Of a stretch of 63,003 nucleotides of DNA, positions 1-9,841 are shown piece after piece. The stretch lies in the NCBI GenBank assembly GCA_045631745.1, contig JAZQVI010000040.1:1-63003 (forward strand), given 5' to 3'. Under the pieces are notes generated by a model. That model saw nothing but the letters and a program-made list of their open reading frames with translations. It had not been told where the DNA came from and did no database searches. The DNA comes from Eubacteriales bacterium. GTDB taxonomy: Bacteria; Bacillota; Clostridia; Oscillospirales; CAG-272. The first letter of the stretch is position 1, and the number at the start of each line of letters is the position of its first letter. A program made the translations under genes and the position numbers.

Positions 1-106
1 AGTAGCTGATGTTACCGCCGTTACGCTCATCCCAGCCCAGACGGTACATGTTTGCGCAGGCACTCTGCATTTCTTTGATAAAGGGTGCTTCCAGAATGTT
101 TTTCAT
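1..106 (-). CDS. rhaD: rhamnulose-1-phosphate aldolase, N-terminal fragment (continues past the window edge)
   Basis: The reverse complement reads MKNILEAPFIKEMQSACANMYRLGWDERNGGNISY. The GWDERNGGN motif is typical of RhaD. ATG at 106, 26 nt downstream of the rhaA stop. Confidence 0.8.
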   Translation of the reverse strand, partial: MKNILEAPFIKEMQSACANMYRLGWDERNGGNISY

Positions 107-131
107 GATGTATATCCTTTCGTATCGTATG

Positions 132-1379
132 TTATGCTCTCTTGCTCATGACGTCGCGCTCGTAAGCCTCGACCACATCGAACCAGTTGCTGCCGGGAAC
201 GTTCTGACGGCAGAGATATTCGTTCCAGACCTCACCGAAGGGCATGGTCTTAAGCTCCTCCTGTGCGGCCATCAGACGGGAGTAGTTGCTTGTGTCCTGC
301 AGAGCCTTGAGCTCGTCATGGGGCATCAGAGCAGCGATCAGCAGAGCCTTCTGCATGTTGCGTGCGCCGACCGCCCATGCGCCAACACGGTTGATGCTGG
401 CATCGAAGTAGTCCAGACCGATCAGCACGCGATCCTCTGCGTGATTGCGGATGATCTCAACGGCGATATCCTTGACCTCGTCCTCCAGCAGTACCACGTG
501 GTCACTGTCCCAACGGACGGGCTTGGTGACGTGCAGAGCAACCTTGGGGTTGAAGCAGAGAAGTGCGGAGATTTTGTCGGATACCATCTCGGTAGGATGA
601 TAGTGACCGTTGTCCATCAGAGGCACGATTCCGCGAGAGGTTGCATAGGAAAGCGCAAATTCTGCAGATCCTGCGGTATAGGACTCAAGGCCAATACCAA
701 ACACCTTGGATTCCAGCGTCACATAAACCTTGTTTTTGTCATATCCACAGCCAAGGATCTGATCCAAAGAATCCAAATAACGCATTCTGGGGCCCAGTCG
801 GTCAGCGGGGATATCCTTCATACCGTCGGGGATCCAAATGTTCATCAGACAGGGGGTTCCGGTCTGTTCTGCAAAGTATTCCGAAATACGGATGCAAGCA
901 ATTCCGTGGCGGATCCAAAATGCACGAATCTCCTCATCGGGATTCGTCAACGTTCCGTTTTCAGCAAGAGGATGCGAAAAATATGTAGGATTGAAATCCA
1001 ATCCAAGTCCATTTTTCTTGGCATAGTCAACCCATGCCTGAAAATGCTCTGGGAGAATTGCATCACGATCCACGGGAGCGCCGTTATTGATCGCATAGAA
1101 GGCGTGTACGTTTACGCGGTGCTTGCCTGCAATCATGGAAAAAGCCTTGTCCAAATCCTGCATAAGCTCACTGGGATTGCGAGCCGCACCAGGATAATTG
1201 CCGGTAGCCTGAATACCGCCGGTCAGCTTACCTGAATTCTCAAAGCCCTTGACATCATCGCCTTGCCAGCAATGCATGGAAATAGAAACTCCGGAAAGCT
1301 TTTCGATGGCGGCCTCTGTATCAACGCCGATTGCTGCATAGCGATCCTTCGCAATCTGATAACGTTCTGCTTGCGTCAT
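132..1379 (-). CDS. rhaA: L-rhamnose isomerase
   Basis: 415 aa starting MTQAERYQIAKDRYAAIGVDTEAAIEKL..SMHCWQGDDV, which is RhaA-like. A GGAG RBS lies 7 nt upstream of the ATG at 1379. The longer ORF-track start (1601) runs through an AT-rich promoter region. Confidence 0.93.
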   Translation of the reverse strand: MTQAERYQIAKDRYAAIGVDTEAAIEKLSGVSISMHCWQGDDVKGFENSGKLTGGIQATGNYPGAARNPSELMQDLDKAFSMIAGKHRVNVHAFYAINNGAPVDRDAILPEHFQAWVDYAKKNGLGLDFNPTYFSHPLAENGTLTNPDEEIRAFWIRHGIACIRISEYFAEQTGTPCLMNIWIPDGMKDIPADRLGPRMRYLDSLDQILGCGYDKNKVYVTLESKVFGIGLESYTAGSAEFALSYATSRGIVPLMDNGHYHPTEMVSDKISALLCFNPKVALHVTKPVRWDSDHVVLLEDEVKDIAVEIIRNHAEDRVLIGLDYFDASINRVGAWAVGARNMQKALLIAALMPHDELKALQDTSNYSRLMAAQEELKTMPFGEVWNEYLCRQNVPGSNWFDVVEAYERDVMSKRA

Positions 1380-1536
1380 GTAGAAATCTCCTTTATAAAA
1401 TTCTATCTTAATATATATTATACATGGTTTGGGTGTTTTTTTCAATAGTTTTTCGAAAAACATCACAAAAACTTGTTTTTGTTTTTTTGAGCTGTACTTA
1501 ACAAAAATAAATATTTCATTTTTTTTAAATAAAACC

Positions 1537-1564
1537 TTGAAAAAAACAGAAAAAGTGATATAAT
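1537..1564 (+). promoter_or_regulatory. sigma-A type promoter of purC
   Basis: TTGAAA, 16-nt spacer, TGaTATAAT (extended -10), about 40 nt upstream of the purC ATG. Confidence 0.5.
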
Positions 1565-1603
1565 AGTATTGGTTAATTTTTCTCGAACGAAAGGACGACA
1601 ATT

Positions 1604-2287
1604 ATGAAAAAAATTTATTGCGGAAAAACAAAGGATGTTTACGGACTTGACAACGGCAACGTTATGCTGAAGTTCAAGGATGATTGTACCGGAAAAGACG
1701 GCGTGTTTGATCCGGGTGAAAACACCGTAGGTCTTACGATTGAAGGAATCGGAAAGGCAAATCTGCAAACGTCTGTATACTATTTTGAGCTCCTTAAGAA
1801 GGCAGGCATCAAGACGCACTATGTTAGTGCAAACGTTGATGAGGCAACTATGGAAGTTCTGCCCGGAAAGGTTTTCGGTCACGGACTGGAGGTTATTTGC
1901 CGTCTGGTTGCTACCGGTAGCTTCATTCGCAGATACGGCGAATACATTAAGGACGGAACGCCTCTGGAGGGTGGCTATGTTGAGTGCACCTTTAAGAACG
2001 ATGAAAAGGGTGATCCGCTGGTTACCGGCGAGGGTCTGGCAGCACTTGGCGTTATGAGCCCTGAAATGTTTGAAAGCATGAAGGAGCAGACGCTGAAGAT
2101 TACCAAGATCGTAGCAGATGATCTTAAGACCATTGGACTGGATCTGTGGGATATCAAGTTTGAGTTCGGTTATAACAACGATGAGGTTATTCTGATCGAC
2201 GAGATCGCATCCGGAAATATGCGCGTATATCAGGGAGACAAGATCGTTGATCCTGTTGAGCTTACCAAGCTGATTCTGAACCGCTGA
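1604..2287 (+). CDS. purC: phosphoribosylaminoimidazole-succinocarboxamide (SAICAR) synthase
   Basis: 227 aa: [27 protein letters not shown].., ..[15 protein letters not shown]. This matches the PurC family pattern. Confidence 0.92.
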   Translation: MKKIYCGKTKDVYGLDNGNVMLKFKDDCTGKDGVFDPGENTVGLTIEGIGKANLQTSVYYFELLKKAGIKTHYVSANVDEATMEVLPGKVFGHGLEVICRLVATGSFIRRYGEYIKDGTPLEGGYVECTFKNDEKGDPLVTGEGLAALGVMSPEMFESMKEQTLKITKIVADDLKTIGLDLWDIKFEFGYNNDEVILIDEIASGNMRVYQGDKIVDPVELTKLILNR

Positions 2288-2300
2288 TAACAATTAAAAA

Positions 2301-2342
2301 AGAGGCATTGATGCTTAGAAATTGCATCAGTGCCTCTTTTTT
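2301..2342 (+). terminator. intrinsic terminator after purC
   Basis: AGAGGCAtTGATGC / GCATCAgTGCCTCT hairpin followed by TTTTTT. Confidence 0.8.
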
Positions 2343-2502
2343 GCCCATTTTACTCCCCTCAACTATACAAAATTTGTCTTTTGTATAGTAGTATGTATGT
2401 ACCAAAAGAAGGAGATATTTGGTTCCCTACGTACAAATTAACGCCCCACCGCGCATCATATTGTCTGATGTGCAGTGGGGCTTTTTGATAATGGATGCAG
2501 AA

Positions 2503-5658
<3,156 letters not shown>

Positions 5659-5671
5659 TTACTACATCTTT

Positions 5672-5705
5672 ATTATATCATACACAACCGTTATTGTCAA
5701 CGGTT
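5672..5705 (-). promoter_or_regulatory. beta-galactosidase promoter with overlapping palindromic operator
   Basis: Minus strand reads TTGACA (5695-5700), 17-nt spacer, TATAAT (5672-5677). The inverted repeat AACCGTT-N6-AACGGTT (5686-5705) covers the -35 and resembles a cre/LacI-type site. Confidence 0.55.
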
Positions 5706-5710
5706 TCAAA

Positions 5711-5753
5711 CAAAAGAAAACCCTGCCGCAAGCGATTTTCGCTTGCGGCAGGG
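5711..5753 (-). terminator. intrinsic terminator of the surface-protein gene
   Basis: CCCTGCCGCAAGCG / CGCTTGCGGCAGGG 14-bp stem followed by a T-run on the minus strand. Confidence 0.85.
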
Positions 5754-5792
5754 CCGCATATTATATTAGGCTAAAAGACAATCCGTTTCGAA

Positions 5793-8700
5793 TTAGTCTT
5801 CCTTGCGCTTGCCAAGGCAAACTGCGCCAGCCATGATAGATGCGAACAGGATACCAGCTGCGCTGGTTACTACAGAGCCACAACCCTTCTTTGCAGGCTC
5901 TTCGCTTGCATCCGGAGCAGCGTTGTCAGCAGCGGGAGCGGTGGTATCTGCGGGCTGGGTGGTGTTGGTATCACCGGCGTCGTCGCCGCCCTCTTCCTCA
6001 TCTTCTTCGGGAAGCTTAGGCTCTTCCATTACAATGGTAATGTTCGCGGGATCGATTTCCTTCGGGAGAGGCAGGCTGTTATCAACAAGCTTAAAGGTCT
6101 CTTCCAGGCTGAAGGAAGCATCTCCTGCCTGGTTGGAGAAGGTCAGGCTGATAACAGGCTCTACGAACATATTGGGACCAGCATATATCGTCGTCGGATT
6201 CATCGTACACGTACGGTCCGTAGGAACGGGAGTTTCAGGATTATAGTCCTCACAAGGACTCGATCCGATTCCGAGTCCAACTCCATTCACCTTTGCCAGC
6301 GTCTGGTGCTCGTCATCAATCTCCTTAACAAAACCAACTGCATTGGTCAGAGTGAAGGTTCCGCCGGCATTGAGCCAACCAAGAACGATACCGTTGTGGT
6401 TAACGTTGCAGTCGATAGGAGCACTCATGTATCCGCGTGCGATAACGTTGGAAACGTTGATCTCGGTTCCGGTGCTGTTCGCACAGTTCTCTCCAACAAA
6501 TCCACCAATCTTGGTTGCAGTCTCGGCAACAGTAGCCTCGATGGAACCGTAGTATGCGGAATTGGTGATCGTCAGCTTTCCGGGACGAGGAGAACCATTA
6601 AACATATCACCAACCTGTCCTACGAAACCGCCAACCATAGCACCGTCAAAATTGTCTTTAGCAAACGGCTTGATCATCTTGATCGTTCCGTTGAATACGC
6701 ATCCGTCAATCACGGTGACAGCACCCTCACCGCCGGCACGCTCACGAATCTGAGCAAAGAAGCCGCCTGCAAATACGTTCTTCTGGCTTGCCGAACCGGC
6801 AGTGATCTCAGCGGTTACAACACTGTTTTTAACCGTGAGCGCCTTGTCCATCTGCCATCCGATCATACCGCCAACATATACCGGGCCGTTCACAGAACCA
6901 CGGATGACACAGTTGGAAATGGTCATCTCATCCGCGCGGGATGCACCTGCAATCGCACCGGTGTAAGCGCCGGTACCGGTTACTGCAATGTCGAGATCCA
7001 GATTCTCAAAGAGAACCGCTCCGGGGAAGGAAGCGTCGGTATTGATCTGTCCAAACAATCCACCGGTCTGAGTAGTACCGGAAACGGAGGATTCCACAAC
7101 AGTCAAATTCTTGACACCAACCGCAATGATACCTGCGGGTACCAAGTAAGATCCGAAAATGCCGCTATGAGTAATAGGATCGGTAGCAGAATCGGTAGCC
7201 TCAATCTTGACACCCTTCAGAGTATGGCCCTGACCGTCAATCATACCGAAGAACTTAGCATCCGTTTGACCCTGCATCGGCCAAGCCTGACCGGTTACGT
7301 CAATATCTGCTGCGAGCTTAACAGTAGTTCCTGCAAAATTGTTTCCTGCAGCGATTGCTGCCACAAATGCAAGCATCTCCTCTGCGGTGGAGATGGTCAT
7401 CTCTCCTCCGTAAATATCGAGAGGATCAATGCCCTTCGGAAGGGGCTTGAGTCCGCCAACCAGCTTGAAGGTCTCTGCCAGGCTGAAGGAAGCATTTCCA
7501 TCCTTGTTGGAGAAGGTCAGACTGGTGACAGGAGCGCTGAACATATTGTATGCATAAGCTGCCGTAACTGTAGAAGTCCTGTCAGATGTACTCCAACCTG
7601 TTGTTCCGGTTCCATTGGTTCCGGTGAGAACCTTATGATTGGAGTCGATCGCTTTTACCTGACCAACTGCATTGGTCAAGGTGAATGTTCCGCCTGCGTT
7701 CAGCCAACCAAGGATAAGACCGTTGTTATTTACGGTACAATCCTCGGGAGCGCTCATGTATCCGCCAACGATAACGTTGGAAACGGTGATTACAGAGTTC
7801 GAGTTCGCGTAGTTTTCACCAACAAATCCGCCAAACTTGGTTGCAGCCGTAGTATCAGCTGCAGTAACAGCAATGGCACCGTAGAATGCAGAGTTGGAAA
7901 TGGTAACCACACCGGGACGGGGCTGCCCGGAGTCATTCATAGCACCAACCAGTCCTACGAAACCGCCAACCTGAGCATTGTAGCTCTCGTACACCTCTAC
8001 ACCGTCCCTGGTGGCTTTTGCCTTGAACGAGGTGTTAATAGTTCCGCTGAATACGCATCCGTCCATCACGGTGTTGCTACCGTGACCGCCTACGCGCTCA
8101 CGAACCTGACCGAAGAAGCCACCAATCATTTGGCCCGATCCGGTTACTTCGGAAGACACTACACAATTCGTAACCGTGAGTGCCTTGTCCATCTGCTGTC
8201 CGATCATACCGCCGACAGCCGATGTACCTGTGACATAGCCACGAATCACACAGTTGGAGATGGTCATCTCATCTGCACGGGATACACCTGCAATTCCACC
8301 GGCGAAGAAAGCAGTGGTGACCGTTACGTTAATGTCAAGGTCGAGATCCTCAAACAGAACCGCTCCGGCAACGTCGCCGTTCTTGTTGTTGATCTGACCG
8401 AACAATCCGCCTGCGAGTTCAGAACCGAGTACAGACGAGCTTTGGATCGTCAGATTCTTAACGCCGACAACAGAGCCCTCAACAGGCACCAGGTATCCAC
8501 CGAAAATACCCTGGTAGGTTCCGCCGGCATTCAGTCTGATTCCCTTCAGGGTGTGGCCCTGACCGTCGATCATACCGGAGAAAACTCCCTGCTGTCCGGA
8601 CATCGGCCATGTCTGATGAGTCACATCAATATCTGCTGCGATCTTGATGGTCTTTCCGGAAAAATCATTTCCGTCAACAATGGCCTGAACAAACGAAAAC

Positions 8701-8849
8701 AGATCTTCCATTGTAGTAACAATGGGTTCAGCTGCATCCGCATCCCAAGTGTTGACTACTTCATCAGCACTTGCGGAAAGGGTGGTCATGGGAACGAAGG
8801 TGAGCATCAATCCCAAAACCAGAAGTGTAGCAATTAGTTTACGCTTCAT
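5793..8849 (-). CDS. large secreted surface protein with GLUG-like repeat motifs, internal tandem duplication, acidic/Pro-rich stalk and C-terminal TM anchor
   Basis: 1018 aa. Signal peptide MKRKLIATLLVLGLMLTFVPMTTLSASA. Recurrent GGLFGQ / GGIAGV / GGMIGQ / GGFFGQ / GGFVGE motifs. C-terminus ..EEPAKKGCGSVVTSAAGILFASIMAGAVCLGKRKED. GAGAGG RBS before the ATG at 8849. Confidence 0.85.
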   Translation of the reverse strand: MKRKLIATLLVLGLMLTFVPMTTLSASADEVVNTWDADAAEPIVTTMEDLFSFVQAIVDGNDFSGKTIKIAADIDVTHQTWPMSGQQGVFSGMIDGQGHTLKGIRLNAGGTYQGIFGGYLVPVEGSVVGVKNLTIQSSSVLGSELAGGLFGQINNKNGDVAGAVLFEDLDLDINVTVTTAFFAGGIAGVSRADEMTISNCVIRGYVTGTSAVGGMIGQQMDKALTVTNCVVSSEVTGSGQMIGGFFGQVRERVGGHGSNTVMDGCVFSGTINTSFKAKATRDGVEVYESYNAQVGGFVGLVGAMNDSGQPRPGVVTISNSAFYGAIAVTAADTTAATKFGGFVGENYANSNSVITVSNVIVGGYMSAPEDCTVNNNGLILGWLNAGGTFTLTNAVGQVKAIDSNHKVLTGTNGTGTTGWSTSDRTSTVTAAYAYNMFSAPVTSLTFSNKDGNASFSLAETFKLVGGLKPLPKGIDPLDIYGGEMTISTAEEMLAFVAAIAAGNNFAGTTVKLAADIDVTGQAWPMQGQTDAKFFGMIDGQGHTLKGVKIEATDSATDPITHSGIFGSYLVPAGIIAVGVKNLTVVESSVSGTTQTGGLFGQINTDASFPGAVLFENLDLDIAVTGTGAYTGAIAGASRADEMTISNCVIRGSVNGPVYVGGMIGWQMDKALTVKNSVVTAEITAGSASQKNVFAGGFFAQIRERAGGEGAVTVIDGCVFNGTIKMIKPFAKDNFDGAMVGGFVGQVGDMFNGSPRPGKLTITNSAYYGSIEATVAETATKIGGFVGENCANSTGTEINVSNVIARGYMSAPIDCNVNHNGIVLGWLNAGGTFTLTNAVGFVKEIDDEHQTLAKVNGVGLGIGSSPCEDYNPETPVPTDRTCTMNPTTIYAGPNMFVEPVISLTFSNQAGDASFSLEETFKLVDNSLPLPKEIDPANITIVMEEPKLPEEDEEEGGDDAGDTNTTQPADTTAPAADNAAPDASEEPAKKGCGSVVTSAAGILFASIMAGAVCLGKRKED
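6048..8723 (-). repeat. intragenic tandem duplication, two units of about 1.35 kb (about 450 aa) each
   Basis: Unit 1 (7422-8723) and unit 2 (6048-7400) align end to end, from (M/A)E(D/E)(L/M).(S/A)FV.AI..GN.F.G.T.K.AADIDVT to SLTFSN..G.ASFSL.ETFKLV....LPK.IDP. Confidence 0.85.
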
Positions 8850-8928
8850 AATTTTACCTCTCTTTTTGTTTTTTTGCATCCGATTGCACAATTTTGCCAC
8901 CAATTCGTGCATCGAATATGCTACACTT

Positions 8929-8957
8929 ATTATACATTATAATGAAATTTTTGTCAA
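8929..8957 (-). promoter_or_regulatory. sigma-A type promoter of the surface-protein gene
   Basis: Minus strand TTGACA (8952-8957), 17-nt spacer, TATAAT (8929-8934). Leader is about 75 nt. Confidence 0.55.
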
Positions 8958-9060
8958 CCTTTTTTGGAAAACTACAGGTTCAAAAAAAAGAGGTCAATTT
9001 TGTGAAATATACACAATTTTTCTTCCAATTCGTGAAAAAAAAACACCCATCTTCATCGAT

Positions 9061-9092
9061 AAAAAAAGGACTCCCGCCAAGTGCGGGAGTCC
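9061..9092 (-). terminator. intrinsic terminator of lipoprotein cassette 1
   Basis: GGACTCCCGC-caagt-GCGGGAGTCC with a 7-nt T-run on the minus strand. The same stem recurs at 17450-17474. Confidence 0.85.
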
Positions 9093-9100
9093 CGAGATTG

Positions 9101-9835
9101 TTACATGGGTGTGGTAGCGTGCAGGCAGAAATCGTCAATGTAGAAGACGGTTTCCTTTGTAGTAGAATGTTGGCTAAAGGAGAAGGTCAAGCGCTCTACC
9201 GTGTCGTTTTTCAGCAAATCCTTGATGTTTTTCAGCGTTTCGTTGTCACTGCCCTTTGCCTTGGAAGTGGCAAAGTCGATCGTCACCAGCGTCCATTCCT
9301 TTGCGGGAATTTCCTCAGTGTAGTAGATTGCAGGAGCCGAGTCATTGGTGTACTTGATCGAAAGCGTGATCTCACGCGCCTTAGCCTGTGCGTTGTAAAC
9401 CCAGAAGGAAATCTTCTTCACCTTGCTGAAATCGCTGTAATTTTTGCGGTGTTCGATATCCATGAAGTGTCTGACGTTCGTTTCGCTATAACTGTTGCTC
9501 TCGACCTTTCTGCTAATCTTCAAGCTCTGCTTGCCGGAATGAACGATCTTCTTCTCTACCGTCGCAGCCGTACCCACCTGGCCGGCAGTCACGGGATTGA
9601 AATCCGCGGGTCTTTCAAAGTCATTGATGATGATCTGATACAAGCCGTCGCTTCCCTTCTCGGGGGTCGGAACCTTCCAATTTGTGATGGTTCCTGTAAC
9701 AAGCTCAAACTCTTCGGTGCCTTGATCTTCATTCAAATCTGTATCATCATTGGGAGTTTGGGCATCGTCGCATCCTACGAAGAGCGGAAGGCAGCACGAG
9801 AATGCCAACAAGAGCGTAAGTAATCTTTTTTTCAT
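9101..9835 (-). CDS. small lipoprotein with CBM-like (galactose-binding-like) domain, cassette 1
   Basis: 244 aa. Lipobox LPLFVGC. C-terminal pattern ..ISFWVYNAQ..EWTLVTIDF..FYIDDFCLH is typical of beta-sandwich carbohydrate-binding modules. Paralog at 17490-18191. Confidence 0.8.
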   Translation of the reverse strand: MKKRLLTLLLAFSCCLPLFVGCDDAQTPNDDTDLNEDQGTEEFELVTGTITNWKVPTPEKGSDGLYQIIINDFERPADFNPVTAGQVGTAATVEKKIVHSGKQSLKISRKVESNSYSETNVRHFMDIEHRKNYSDFSKVKKISFWVYNAQAKAREITLSIKYTNDSAPAIYYTEEIPAKEWTLVTIDFATSKAKGSDNETLKNIKDLLKNDTVERLTFSFSQHSTTKETVFYIDDFCLHATTPM

Positions 9836-9841
9836 GGCAGC

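Noticed and set aside
1380-1601. N-terminal 74 codons of the 489-aa rhaA ORF in the track
   Set aside because: The extension is AT-rich, Lys/Phe/Ile-rich and runs through the divergent purC promoter. RhaA homology and a GGAG RBS begin at the ATG at 1379.
6306-8837. 843-aa ORF antisense to the GLUG surface-protein gene, plus smaller ones at 5803-6246, 6343-6552 and 6562-6753
   Set aside because: It is in register with the sense frame ((8849-6308)/3 is an integer). The sense strand has a signal peptide, repeats, an RBS, a promoter and a terminator. The antisense product has no recognisable features.
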